DNA of 64,000 nucleotides, taken from Eledone cirrhosa (lineage: Eukaryota). The notes beneath the pieces were generated by a model. It was not told where the DNA came from and did not search any database. It worked only from the letters and a program-made list of their open reading frames with translations. Made by a program: the position numbers and the translations under genes. The number at the start of each line of letters is the position of its first letter. Position 1 is the stretch's first letter. Below, piece after piece: positions 12,025 through 25,569 of the stretch. Where the stretch lies: positions 15,810,001 through 15,874,000 of the forward strand of contig OZ024745.1 in assembly GCA_964016885.1 (NCBI GenBank). Reading direction: 5' to 3'.

Positions 12025-12656
12025 CTACTATTTTTTAAGGCAATGCAAGCAACAACTATCTAATAATTAAATGATCATAGTGAATTACTGACAAGTGATT
12101 GACATTTTAAAGTTCTTTTGAGTATAATTGCAATCTAGTTGAGGCAACTGGCTTAATGACAAAGCTACGTCATTTCTGGATTACCTCCCCTAGCGTCACG
12201 CTTACTACTCGCTCACTTGAACACAAGATTTATCAGCAAACTTTGATTATAAACTTTTTCCCTCTGGACCAAATTTCTAGATTTTTAAGCCAAAAGATGC
12301 GTAATGATCTACTGTTCATGCTCATATAAGTTTTATCTCAGTTAAATAAAGTAGAGCCGCGCTGTACTGTCGTAAACAGACAATTGCCAACGAAAACACG
12401 ACCACAACAATATTACTAAACGGACTACCGTCCGTTTAGGATTATAACAATGTTTATGTTTACACGATTGAAAAGGGAAACATAACTCCAATCTTGTTTG
12501 TTAACCGTTAAATTTGATGAATGATTTACTCAGAAAATATATAGACAATATATAGACAAAATTATATATTATTTTGTGTGAGATTAATTTCAATTATATA
12601 TTATTTTAGTCGAAAGATGTGTGAAAGTTTGAAGATCAAAAGAAGAGGAAAAAAGT

Positions 12657-12717
<61 letters not shown>

Positions 12718-12759
12718 TAGAGAGAGAGAGAGAGAGTGAGAGTGAGAGTGAGAGAGAGA

Positions 12760-12996
12760 TTTCTTTATTTGTCACAAGGGCGCACAAGAAAAGGGGACAA
12801 AACAAAGACATGCTGGGTATTTTAAATACAATCGTGTAAAAATATTGAAACAAACAAATTAAACAATTGAAATCCCCAATGGGGGGAGGCGCCACAAATG
12901 GGTTGTTTAATACCCCGTCGATAGAACAACCCTCAACTTCAGGAGCATGTTGTGCAAGTGCTCCTTTCTTCCTTTTGCTCTCTTCTTCAACCTACA
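12760..12996 (-). mobile_element. Tx1 copy A (3' UTR only)
   Basis: Homologous to the 3' UTR of copy C; begins at the ORF2 stop codon (CTGTAG); 3' flank is a CT-rich repeat. Confidence 0.88.
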
Positions 12997-13006
12997 GATA
13001 GATATA

Positions 13007-13036
13007 TTTCTTTATTAGCCACAGGGGCACAAAAGA
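13007..13036 (-). mobile_element. Tx1 copy B (about 30-bp extreme 3' end)
   Basis: Identical to the 3' end of copy D (17907-17936); GATA on both sides. Confidence 0.8.
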
Positions 13037-13050
13037 GATAGATAGATAGA

Positions 13051-16000
13051 TTTCTTTATTAGCCACAAGGGCGCAACAAGAAAAGGGGATAATACAAAGA
13101 CATGCTGGGGATTTTACATAGTCGTGTAAAAAATATAAAAACAAACAATTATAACAATCGAAATCCCCAATAGGGAGGAGGCGCCACAAATGGGTTGTTT
13201 AATACCCCGTCGATAGAACAACCCTCAACTCCAGGAGCGTGTTGTGCAAGTGCTCCTTTTTTCCTTTTGCTCTCTTCCTCAACCTACAGGCTTATAAACA
13301 GAGAAGGCCCAATCACTCGGGCCATTTTCGCTTCATTCACCCACTTTTCAGTAAATCTACTGGGGTGCAGTGCCTCTCTTTCCATCCTGATTCTCCTTCT
13401 AAAGTGATACTTAAAGAAGGGAATCAATTGTTGTCCGGAGAGAAAGGCATCTGTCCTCAGCCCTCTCAACCTCGTCTATCATATAACTTCTTTCACCATA
13501 GCCACCGTAAAGAGGAAAACCGCCTCTCTTTCGTTTTTGAAAGAGGCTGGCGGTTTGATCCTTACTATGGACTCGGCAGTCAACTGGATTTGTCCCATAC
13601 GCGACAGTAGTTGTTCTGCATAGTTCCACAGGTCGCTTACGCCCGGGCAGTGTACAATTGCGTGCAGAACTGTTTCAATGTCCTGCGCACATCTTGGACA
13701 CGTCCTCTTGGAAGGATCCCTGCCGGGGCGTCCGTGCCTGTAGATCTTGTCACGAACCGGTAGAGCTCCTCGGTAGCACTGCCAGGCCAGGGACCTCTGG
13801 AAGTTGTCCATAGGTCCCGGGCGGAAAGTCCTACCAAACAGACTGGTGAGCTCATCGTCTTCGACGCCCATTGTCTCTCCGAGCACGTCGTCGCCCTTGT
13901 AACGTACAATCCCTCTATAGAATGTCGAAGTGGAGTCTCCACTGATTGCTGCGCCCGCTTGCCAGAGGACTGTGAGCGCCTGAGCACATTCAATGTGCCA
14001 GGCGCCCATCGTTTTCGGTCTTTTCTTCAACCAGGACTGCAGCTCCGTCAGCGAGACGAGCTGTGGGAAGGCCTGTCTCACAAACGGTGCTCACACCGGT
14101 TGGGGGTCGGTGAGGAATAGCTGGAGATGCCGCAGCCTCAGCGCATGTTTGCGCATCATCAGCCACGGCATTCCTAGCCCTCCGTTGGAAGGGTGCTGAC
14201 AGCAGACTGATCTCCTCACCAGCGGAGCCTGCTTCTTCCACAGAAACTGGAAGAGCATGTGTTCCATCTTGGCGAGGTGTTCACGGGGACAAGGCACGAC
14301 AGTCAAGCGGTAGTAGATGACGGACGCTACGAAAGTGTTCGCCACCTCCGCTCGACCTTTCAGGGACAGTTTGCACTCTGCCCACTTCTGAGTGAGTGCA
14401 AACACCTTGGCCGTAACCTCGTTCCAGTTTTTCTCCACCTGGAGGTCTGGACCGAACCAGACCCCGAGCAATTTCACCGGTCCGTCCGTCCAGCGTCCAA
14501 CGACGCTGTCGGATGTCATCGGTTTGCCTCTCCACGTACCAAGTTGCAAACCGACAGACTTGTCCGGGTTTAGTTTTGCTCCCGTCAGCGTTTCGTATTC
14601 TTTCAGTAAGTTGCCGATCACCCCGATTTCCGAGGTGCTCGACACCATTACCGTCACGTCATCGGCATAAGCCGACGCCGCTTTGCGCAGTCCCGGTTCT
14701 AGAGGGATGCCCTGCAACAGCTCCAACTTCCGCAGTAGTGGCTCTAGAGTCAATACATACAGAATGGAGGAGATAGGTAGCCGTTCACCTTGACCCTCGA
14801 GCAGATGCTGGTGCGCATCGCCTCGATCCATCCTCTGAACACGGGACCGCCTTGAGAACCGCTTCCAAGTATCGATGGTCGACCCTATCGAATGCCTTAG
14901 ACTGATCCAAGTTGATCAGAGCCCCACCGAAGCCGGGTTTACTACCCACCCTCTCTATGATGTATCGCATGAGGTGGAGGTTGTCGTGTATGGACCTGGT
15001 CGGGATTGCACACGTTTGCGCTCTCCCTACCAGGTTCTCGACGACAAGCGCCAACCTCGTCGCTAGCACCTTGGCCAAAATCTTTAACTCTGTGTTGAGC
15101 AGAGTTATGGGCCTGAAGTTGTTAATTTCGTCCCCCTTGTTCTCGTCTTTCCTGATCAGCGTAAACTACGCGCTTGCCTGCAGAACTGGGAATTCTCCCG
15201 TTCTGCTGCCAGTTGCAGTAGACGGCTTCGAGGACGCCAGAGAACAAGTCCGGCATGCCTATGTAAAATTCGTAGGGTAGACCATCTAGACCGGGTGACT
15301 TGCGTTTCCCGCAGCGGCCCAGAGCGTCCCGTATCTCAGTGTCCGTGATCGGTCTTTCGCAGAACTCGGCGTCCGTGTTCGAGAGACGCGGCAGGCCGTC
15401 GAGGTATGAACTAAAGTCCATTGCCCCGTTCGGCTCACCGTCGTTCTGCTCAAACAGTCGCGCAAAGTGCCGTGAAAGGCCGCGGACATTTGCTTGGGGT
15501 CAAGTAGCACGCGTCCGTTTTGGTCTTTCTTGTTGCCACTTTTTGCCACTGCCACTTGGGCCCAGCTGACAGCTTTCGCTCCTTCGTTTCCTAGAGCACG
15601 TGTTTTGCTTCTGACCACGCAGCCTTCGTGTTTCGCATCGAAGAACTGGTCCAGTGCCGTTCTCGACGCTAACACTCTAGCCGCGTTGCCACTTCTAAGT
15701 GCCTTCTCTACCTTGGCTACTAGTTCTCTTTCTATTCTGTTTTTCTCTAAGGCTAACTCTCTGCTATACCCTATCGATTCTATTCTAATTGCTTTCTTGA
15801 GAGAGTACCACCATCTATTGTTGACGATGGCTCCCGTTAACTGTTGCTTGACAAGTCTACTTATCCGTTCACTGTAAGCTTTACGTGCCGGCAACGACAC
15901 GTTCAGCTTCCAGTATCCGGGACCCTGTCTATGTATTCTATCACGGTTGACTAAGCAGACGACTAACTTGTGATCTGAATAGGCAACCATGTGCATTCGT

Positions 16001-17876
16001 GGACAGCTTAATATCTCCTTGTCCCTTTCTCTAATGAAGAACCTATCTAAATACGATCTAGATGTCCCACTGCGGTTTGCCCACGTCCACTGTGGTGCAG
16101 TAGGGAAATCCAGTCGATACCTATCGGCCAGCTGGAATTGGCCCATTAAAGTTTTGAGGCTGTTGCACCCCGCTCTACTGGGACAATCTCCTACATAGTC
16201 CCATCGTGCATCTAGGGTACCATTCCAGTCCCCCACTAAAAGTAAGGAGCGAGACGTTCCCAGAAAAGACTCTAGACGCTTAAAGAAGTCTGGCCGTGAT
16301 TGCGATTGCCCGGTCGGGGCATAAACGGCCACCAGTCTGAAGGCTCCACCTCCGATACTGTTCACGTCTAGGAATACCAGTCTACCCTCCGGGTCCAAGT
16401 GTACTTGCTGTACTCCGACGTCCAGGTTCTTCCGAAACATGACAGCCACTCCACCTCCACCTCCAGGCTGACAGAGAGATGCGTAGATCTCAAAGTCGTC
16501 GAAGATGGGGGTTAGTTGCTGCCTGTTGTGGATCCTGGACTCGGTGATGGCTATCACATCCATACTGTGTGACCTAAGGTCGTTTAAAAGTTGGCCCTGT
16601 TTCCAGGGCATCCCTAGGCCACGCACATTCACGGTTCCAACTCGTAAACTAGCCATGTTGGTGAAGAAAAGTTGGAGAAAATGGACGAAAGGTGGACTTA
16701 CCTTTTCGTTTCCTGGAGATCGGGTTGTTCAATCTCCATTTGGGTGCTAGATGGGGTGTTGGGTGGGGTGGGTAAACATTTTAACAGGACGCGGTTGATG
16801 GGTTTGTGACAGGGGTTGCCCACGTCCTGTGAAAATTTAATTTTTAGGTCTTTATAGGTTTCCATAGAAACCCTTATAAGTTTAAGGTGTGGAGACGATT
16901 CTGCCTTGACGAAAGTTTTGCCCTCCGTCTCCACCTTGGGGTTTTGGGAAATGATCTCCATCAAACTCTTGTTGTTTGTGTTGATGAATGCGTATTGTTG
17001 TTTGTGTTTTTGTTGTGTTGTTTTAGTTTGTTGTTCGTCCGAGAGTTTTCTTTTTATGGTGGGTGGTTGTGTTTGGGGTGGTGTTGGTGCTGGTTTTGCT
17101 GATAGGGGGATGTTTGACTGTGGTGTTGTTTGTGTTGTTGTTTGTATCTGTGGTTGTGTGTTGGTGTTTGTGATTGGAGTTTTGTGGGTTTTGTGGTGTC
17201 TCTTTTTTTTGTTTTTTAGATTTCCGTGGTTCTCCCTCTTCTTCACTTAAAGAAGGAGAAGCAGCTTCATCCGTCGATGAATAATCATCGTCAGGTGTGT
17301 GGGGTAAGGGTATGTTGTGTGGTGGTGGTGTTTCGGTATGTGTGTTTGTGGTAGTGTTTGATGGAGTGGGATGGAGTGGGGATGTGTTCTTCAGGGGTGT
17401 TGTCTCTGTTTTTTCTGTTGTTGTTGGTTGAGTGTCTGTTTGTTTTGGTGTGGTTGCTCGTTTCGTCTGTCGTTGTACTTGTGGTGGTGGTGGTTGTTTT
17501 GGTGTTGGTGTTGGTGTTGGTAATAGCGTTTTTTTTATGATGTTGTTGTTGTGTGTTTGTGGACAAGAGGCTTTTAGGTGAGCTGTGCTACCACAGCGAA
17601 GCAATAAAATTTTCGTCCTTCTACCGAAATGTTTATTTTGTTGTTATTATCAATAACGACTCTTTCGGATATTTTGGAGATTCTCTCCGGTTTCATTTGC
17701 AACAGAATCTCCAAATCTGTGCTCGCCCACCTTTGTCGAATAGATTTTCGTATTGAAAGTATCATATCTGCTTCTGGCTCTACGAAGCCAGCCAAGATCC
17801 ACCAGATGTTAATGTTTGGAGGTATGTTTTTTATTTTTATTTTTTGTGTCCTTTTCCCCATGTATGTAGGGAAAAA
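13051..17876 (-). mobile_element. Tx1 copy C, 5'-truncated within ORF1
   Basis: ORF1 remnant 16698-17876 with zinc knuckle; ORF2 13284-16656 with frameshifts and deletions; GATA flanks. Confidence 0.92.
13284..16656 (-). pseudogene. Tx1 ORF2 (APE-RT) of copy C
   Basis: MASLRVGTVNVRGL, GDWN, SDH, KSPGLDGL, AYADD; ends GPSLFISL*. Confidence 0.92.
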
Positions 17877-17904
17877 GATAGATAGATAGATAGACAGATA
17901 GATA

Positions 17905-19952
17905 TGTTTCTTTATTAGCCACAGGGGCACAAAAGAAGGGGACAAATACAAAGGGAGAAGTTTACATACAATAAAAACGTGTAAAATGTTATCACAAATG
18001 CAATTTAAAAAATTAGTCGATTTTCCCCAATAGGGGGAGACAGTTCATATGGGTAACACATACCCCCGAAAAAATGTGCAACCCTCATCTCCAGGAGTAC
18101 GAAGCGTTTGTACTCCTTTCCTCTCCTTTTCCTTTTCCTCAACCTACAGGCTGATATAGAGAGAAGGCCCATTCACTCGGGCCATTCTCGCCACTTTCAC
18201 CCACCTTTCATAAAACTTGCTGGGGTACAGCACTTCTCTCCCCATCCTGATTCTTCTTCCAAAGTGGTATTTGAAAAAAAGAATCAGATGTTGGCCGGAG
18301 AGAAAGGTGTCTGACCTCAGCCCTTTCAACCTTGTCCACCATACAACCTCTTTCGCCATAGCTATCACACAAAGGAAAACCGCCTCTCCTTCGTTTTTGA
18401 AGGAGGGTGGCGGTTTGATCATGATAATGGACTCGGTGGTCAACCGGATTGGTCCCACCCGCGACAATAGTCGTTCTACATAGCCCCACAGGTCAGTGAC
18501 GCCCGGGCAGTGTATGAATGCGTGCGCGACGGTTTCTTCGTTACGCACGCATCTCGGACAGATCTTTTTTGCAGGGTCCCTGCCTGGGCGCCCATGTCTG
18601 TAGAGCTTGTCTCGAACTGGTAGAGCTCCTCGGTAGCACTGCCAGGCCAGGGACTTTTGGAAGTTGTCCATCGGTCCCGGGCGGAAGGGCCTACCGAACA
18701 TACTGGCTATTTCATTTTCCTCTACGCCTAGAGTTTCACCGAGCGCGTCGTCGCACTTGCTGCGGATCAACCCTCTATAGAATAACGAAGTGGAGTCTCC
18801 ACTGATCGCCGGGTCCGCCTGCCAGAGGGCTGTGAGCGCCTGAACACATTCGATGTGCCAGTCGCCCATTTTCCTAGTCTTTGCTTGACCCATGACTGCA
18901 GCTCGGTCAGCGAGACGAGTCGTGGGAAGGCTCACCTCACGAACGGGGCCCACACCGGTTGTCCGGTGAGGAATACGTAGAGATGCCGCAGCCTGAGCGC
19001 GTGTTTGCGCATCGTCAACCACGGCATCCCCAGCTCTCTGTTAGAAGGGTGTTGGCAGCAGATGGATCTTCTCACCAAAGGAGCCCGCCTCTTCCAAAGG
19101 AATTGGAAGCGCGCGCGCTCCATTTTGGCGAGCGTTTTGGCTGGACAAGGCACGACGGTCAAGCGGTAGTAGATGGCGGACGCTATAAAAGTGTTCGCCA
19201 CCTCCGCTCGACCTTTCAAGGATAGTTTGCACTCGGCCCACTTCTGGGTGAGTGCAAACACCTTGGCCGTCACTTCGTTCCAGTTTTTCTCCACCTGGAG
19301 GTCCGGACCAAACCAGACCCCGAACAGCTTTACCGGTCCTTCCGTCCAGCGTCCGACGACGCCATCGGAAGGCATTGGTTTGCCTCTCCACAATCCGAGT
19401 TGCAAACCGATGGACTTGTCCCGGTTCAGCTTCGCTCCTGTGAAACTTTCGTATTCCTTCAGTAAGGTGCCGACATCCTCGATTTGCGAGGCGCTCGACA
19501 CCATTACCGTTACGTCATCGGCGTAGGCCGACGCCTCTTTCCGCAGTCCCGGTTCCAGAGGGATGCCCTGCAATAGCTCCAACTTCCGCAGTAGTGGCTC
19601 GAGAGTTAGTACGCACAGAAGGGAGGAGAGAGGGTATCCCTGTCGAATGGATCTCGTAATATGGAACGGCTCCGAGAGGTAGCCGTTCACCTTGACCCTT
19701 GAGCAGATGTTGCTGTTGTGCATTGCAGCAATCCAGCCCTGAACACTGGTCCGAAGCCTGCCGCCTCGAGCACCGCATCCAGGTAACGATGGTCAACCCT
19801 ATCGAAAGCCTTAGACTGATCCAAGTTGATCAGGGCCCCACCGAAGCCGGGTTTACACCCTACCCTCTCTATGATGTATCGCATGAAGTGGAGGTTGTCG
19901 TGTATGGACCTGGTCGGGATTGCGCATGTCTGCGCTTCTCCCACCAGGTTTC
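17905..19952 (-). mobile_element. Tx1 copy D, 5'-truncated within RT
   Basis: From NLVGEAQTCAIP through AYADD to GPSLYISL* (18144), plus a distinct 3' UTR. Confidence 0.9.
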
Positions 19953-20030
19953 GATCCACCAGATGTTAATGTTTGGAGGTATGTTTTTTATTTTTATTTT
20001 TTGTGTCCTTTTCCCCATGTATGTAGGGAA

Positions 20031-20061
<31 letters not shown>
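19953..20061. repeat. Direct duplication of 17796-17904 (81 bp of ORF1 + 7 GATA units), putative long TSD of copy D
   Basis: 81 bp identical by inspection; both copies followed by 28 bp of GATA, one with a GACA variant. Confidence 0.85.
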
Positions 20062-20293
20062 AATTTCTATTTATTTGCCACGAGGGCACAAAAGAAGGGG
20101 ACATTTACACAGTGGGGGAGTTTACATAAATCGAGTAAAGAAAAAAGGAATAACAATAATAATATAACAATAAAAAGTCCTCAAAAGGGAGGGGGCGTGT
20201 TGGGGATTGCACATACCCCCGAAAAGTGTGCAACTCTTTTCGCGGGGGAAGCCCAGAGAGGAGGCGCTCCCCCTTTCCTCTTCACTTCTTCAC

Positions 20294-23200
20294 CTACAGA
20301 ACAATGTAGAGAGAAGGCCCATTTACACGGGCCATTCTCGCTTCTTTCACCCACCTTTCATAAAACTGTCTGGGACCAAGCACTTCTCTCTCCATCCTGA
20401 TTCTTCTTCCGAAGTGGTATCGGAAGAAGTAAACCAGGTGATGGCCGGAGAGAAAGTCACCCGACCTCAGACCTTTCAAGCGCGTCCACCACACAACCTC
20501 TTTCATCATGGCTATTACGCACAGAAAGACCGCCTCTGCTTCATTTCTGAAGGGAGGAGGCGGCTTGATGTTCACCACAGACTCGGCGGTTAATCGAATC
20601 GGCGCCACACGCGACAGCAGTCGTTCAACGTAGCCCCACAGATCGGCAATGCCCGGGCAGTGTACCAGTGCATGCGCAACGGTTTCCTCGTCGCGCACGC
20701 ATCTGGGACAGATCTTTTTCGCGGGATCCCTGCCCGGGCGCCCGTGTCTGTAGAGCTTTTCTCGAACGGGCAGAGCCCCCCGGTAACACTGCCAGGCTAG
20801 GGACCTCTGGAAGTTGTCCATGGGTCCCGGGCCGAAAGTTCTACCGAACAGGCTGGCCAGTTCGTCCTCCTCCATGCCTAGCGACTCTCCAAGGGTGTCG
20901 TCGCCCCTGCTAGCCACCAACCCTCTATAGAATGTCGAGGTGGATTCTCCACTGACAGTCGGGTCCGCTTGCCAGATAGCCGTGAGCGCCTGGGCACACT
21001 CGGTGTGCCAGTTGCCCAGTTTTCTCGGTCTTTGCTTCACCCAGGATTGCAGTTCGGTGAGCGAGACGAGCTGTGGGAAGGCTCGCCTCACAAACGGGGC
21101 CCACACCGGCTGACCGTTGAGGAATACCTGTAGATGCCGTAGCCTCAATGCGTGCCTACGCATCAACAGCCACGGCATACCCAGCCCTCCTTTCGAAGGG
21201 TGCTGGCAGCAGATGGATCTCCTCACCATGGGAGGCCGCTTCTTCCAGAGGAACTGGAAGAGCATGCGTTCCATGATGGTGAGCTTTTCCTTGGGGCAAG
21301 GCACGACGGTCAGGCGGTAGTAGATGACGGACGCTATGTAAGCGTTCGTCACCTCCGCCCGACCTTTCAGTGATAGTTTGCACTTGGCCCACTTCTGGGT
21401 CAGCGCAAACACCCTGCTCGTCACCTCGCCCCAATTCTTCTCCACCTGGAGGTCCGGTCCGAACCAGACCCCGAGCAGCTTCACCGGGCCCTCCGTCCAC
21501 CGCCCGACGACACCGTCTAACGGCATCGGTTTGCCCCTCCACGTTCCGAGTTGCAAACCGACTGACTTGTCCTGGTTCAGCTTAGCCCCCGTCAGCCTTT
21601 CGTATTCCTCCAGTAGGGTGGCGATCGCCCCGATTTCCGAGGCGTCCGCCACCATTACTGTTACGTCGTCGGCATAGGCCGAGACCGCTTTGTGCAATCC
21701 CGGTTCCAGGGGTATGCCCCGCAGCAACTCCAACTTCCGCAGCAGTGGCTCGAGAGTCAATACGTACAGAAGGGAGGAGAGGGGGCACCCCTGTCTGATG
21801 GATCGGGTGATTTGAAACGGCTCCGAGAGGTAGCCGTTTACTTTAATCCTAGAGTAGATGTTGCCACTGTGCATGGCAGAAATCCAGCCCCTGAAAACGG
21901 GTCCGAAGCCCGCCGCCGCTAGCACCGCATCCAGGTAACCATGGTCGACCCTATCGAACGCCTTAGATTGATCCAAGTTGATCAGGGCCCCACCAAAGCC
22001 GGGTTCGTAGCCAACCCTCTCTATGATGTATCGCATGAGGTGGAGGTTGTCGTGAATGGACCTGGACGGGATAGCGCATGTCTGCGCGTCTCCCACCAAA
22101 CCACCCACCACAAGCGCCAACCTCTTCGCCAACACCTTGGCCAAAATCTGTAACTCTGCATTCAGCAGAGTTATGGGCCTAAAGTTACTTAAGTCGTCCC
22201 CCTTGCTCTCGTCCTTCCTCACTAGCGTGACCACGCCCTTGGTCACAGAACAGGGAATTCTCCCGTTCTGTTGCCAGTTGCAATAGACAGCCTCGAGGAG
22301 TTCGGAGAACAAGACCGGCATAGCTAAATAAAGTTCGTATGGTAGACCATCGAGACCCGGGGATTTGCGTCTGCTGCATTGGCTGAGCGCTTCCCCGATT
22401 TCAGTGGCTGTGATTGGCCTTTCGCAGCACTCCGCTTCGCCGCTCGAAAGACGCGGTAGACCGTCGAGGTATGGACCGAAGTCCACATCCCCGTCCGGCC
22501 CCCCGCCACCTCCGAACAGTCGAGCAAAGTGCCTTTGAAAGGTCTCGCACATTCGCTCAGGTTCAAGGATCACCCGTCCATCCTGGTCTCGCAAAGACCG
22601 AATGGTGGATTTAATCCCACTCTTGGCTTCTGTCACGCGGGCCCAGCTAACAGCTTTGGTCCCCTCGTTTCCTAAAGCACGTATTTTACTTCGGACAACG
22701 CAGCCTTCGTGCTTCGCGTCAAAGAACTGGCTCAATGCCGTTCTCGTCGCTAACACTCTGGCTACGTCTCCGCTCCTAATCGCCTCTTCTAGTTTATCTG
22801 TTAACTCCCTTTACTTCCTATTTCTATTCGCCGCTAGTTCCTTACTGTAACCTATCGAACTTACTCTAATCTCTCTCTTTAGAGATACCCACCACCTACT
22901 GTTGACGATCGCTCCCGTCAACCGCATCTTAACTAAGCTACTAATCCGGTTTCTGTAATCTTTCTTTGTCGGTAAGGACAAGTTCATCTTCCAGTAACCG
23001 GGACCCTGTCTATACGTTCTATCAAGGTTGACCACGCAGGTCACTAATTTGTGATCTGAATAGCCAACCATGATCAGTTCTGGACAACTAAATACATCCC
23101 TATCCTTACTCCTAACCAAAAACCTATCTAGGTACGATCTAGATTGTCCACTGCGGTTTGCCCAGGTCCAGGTTGGCGCAGTTGGACAATCTAGTCGAAA

Positions 23201-23721
23201 TCTATCGACCAGGTCGAATCGATCGAGTAACCCCTTGAGTCTGCTACACCCCCCTCTATCGGGACATGCCCCTGCATAGTCCCAACGCGCATCTAGGATT
23301 CCATTCCAGTCCCCCACTAAAAGCAGGGAACGCGACGTTCCTAGAAAAGTCTCCAGACGCTGGAAGAAGTCGGCTCTTTCCGCCCCGAAGGGAGCATAAA
23401 GACCGACCAGTCTGAAAGCCCCGCCTTCACCGCCTCCGACGTCCAGCACCAGTAATCGACCCCCCGGGTCCGAGTGAACAATCTGTACGTCGGGAGTCAG
23501 ACGTTTATCCAGCAGTACGGCAACTCCCCCCCGCCTCCGGGTTGACAGAGAGATGCGTGCATCTCAAAGTCATCGAAGGCGGGCGCCAGCTGTCTCACGC
23601 TGCTGATCCGACTCTCGCAAACAACCATCACATCTATACTTTGTGACCTGAGGTCACTTAGAAGCTTTGCTTGCTTCCAAGCTGAGCCCAGGCCACGCGC
23701 GTTCAAACAGCCAACTCTCAA
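20294..23721 (-). pseudogene. Tx1 ORF2 (APE-RT) of copy E, two frameshifts
   Basis: ORF track pieces 23497-23721, 22811-23449 and 20294-22756 are colinear with copy 1 ORF2. Confidence 0.92.
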
Positions 23722-23726
23722 TTGAT

Positions 23727-25569
23727 CTATTTTGGTGTTGAAAGTGAAGAAAGAAAAGCACTTACCTCTCCGGGTTGCGTAATTTCCATGGCATCAGGTG
23801 TGTTGGGTGGAGGGATGTTTTGTGGTGGTGTGGGGGTACACGTGTGTGGTGGGGTTGGGGTATTTGGAGTTGTGTCAGGGAGAGGGGCGGTTATGGGGAA
23901 ATCTTTCAAGAGGACGCGATTCAACGGTTTTAAACAGGGGGGGGGCTCACGTCCCGTCTAAATTGTTCTTTTAAGGAACGATAAAGGTCCAGAGGGACCT
24001 TTATCATTTTTAAATGGGTGAAGTTCTCTGTTGAGATAAAGTTTGGCCCTTCGGTCTGCACCATAGGGTTATTGTTTATTAATTTAACCAGTTTTTTGTT
24101 TTCTTTATTTATATATGTGTATTGCAACGTCTTTTTTTGTGATGCTGTCAATGTTTCGGAGAGGGGAGGCGCAGATTTATTTTTGTTTGTTGAGGGTGGG
24201 GTGTTTTTGATTGGAGTTGGTGTTTGTGTGTGGGTTATTTGTGGTGTGCTGGGTGTGTGTTTTCTTTTTTTTCTTTTAACTTGTCTGAAGGCTTCTCCTC
24301 CTTCTTCTTCAGAAGTTGGGGGAAACTCTTCAGCGCTAGGTGGGAGGGACGTGTTGTGTGGTTGTTTTTTTTTTGCGGGAGGGGTAGATTTGTTACTGTT
24401 TTTTTTTTATTATTTGTTTGGAATGGGTTTTGTGGTGGTGGTGGTAATGTTTGTGTCGTGCTTGTGGTTGGTGATGGTGGTGGTGATGTTTGTGTTGTGG
24501 TTGGTGGTGGTGATTTTTGTGTCGTGCTTGTGTTTGGTGCTGGTGGTGGTGATGTTTGTGTTGTGTTTGTGGTTGGTGGTGTCTGTATTTTGTTTGCTGT
24601 GTGTGGTATTAGTGTATTTTTGGAGGTGGGTGGTGTTGGTGTACTGTTTGTGGTGGGTGTGGGCAATAGTCCTTTTTGGGGGATACGTTTCGGGCAGTTA
24701 GCCTTAACGTGTCCCCTTTCCATGCATAAATAGCATGCTGGTCTTCTCCCCTCTACAATTATGTCTATTGGGGTAAGGTCATCCAGCCAGATGCGATCCG
24801 GGATTTGTGCTATTCTTTCGGGCCTCATTTGGACTAGTATGTCGAGGCCCATTCCCAGGAACGCATCTCCAGTTGCCTTCCCCATTGACAGCATTGTGTC
24901 TTCGCCCATATCAATGAAGCCAGCAATAGCCCACCAGAAGTCCATTGTGGGCAGCATTGTTTTTACTTTTACTCTCTGTGTTCTTCTACCCATGTAGGAG
25001 GGATAGAAGCTATATGTTGTCGATGAGAGTGGGCTTAGGGAAAGCTTCTCCGCCGTTTCTTTGTCTCTTGTTAGGACCGAAATGCTGCCATAGAGTCGGT
25101 CCTTTCGTATGAAGAGAATATTCTTCATATAGTCTTTTAGGACTAACTCTATTTCCATTTGGCTGGGCTGTGCTGGCTTTCTTGTCTGGTTCAGTATAGT
25201 TCTGTAGAGAACTGTGTTTTCTGCTCTGGCTTTCTTGAATTCTGGGGGGGGGGGGGAGTTAATGGAAAACATTCCGTTCTCCCCCAAAACAATGTGTTTC
25301 TTTGCTTCGGCCAGTTTTTCTCTGGCGGCAGTTAGGTCAATTGGTGTGTATGTAATGGATTGTTTTGTTTTCTGGGCGAAAGTTGCCCTGTCGTTATTTG
25401 TATTATTTTCTGTTTGTTTGTTTTCTGTTTGCTCATTTTCCTTAACATTTGTTTTTTCATTTTCTTTGTTTGTTTCAATGTCTAATTTTGTTGTAATTAT
25501 TTTTTGTTCTTCAGACTTGGGGGGCGTGGCAGAGCTAATGGCAGACATGTCTGCCATCTTTTCCGCCAT
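23727..25569 (-). pseudogene. Tx1 ORF1 of copy E
   Basis: MAEKMAD...YPSYMGRRTQ...CCHC knuckle, P/T-rich linker, NRVLLK motif shared with copies 1 and C. Confidence 0.87.

Noticed and set aside
3405-23279. Antisense and alternate-frame ORFs within Tx1 ORF2, recurring between copies
   Set aside because: Shadow ORFs of GC-rich coding sequence; recurrence reflects element homology.
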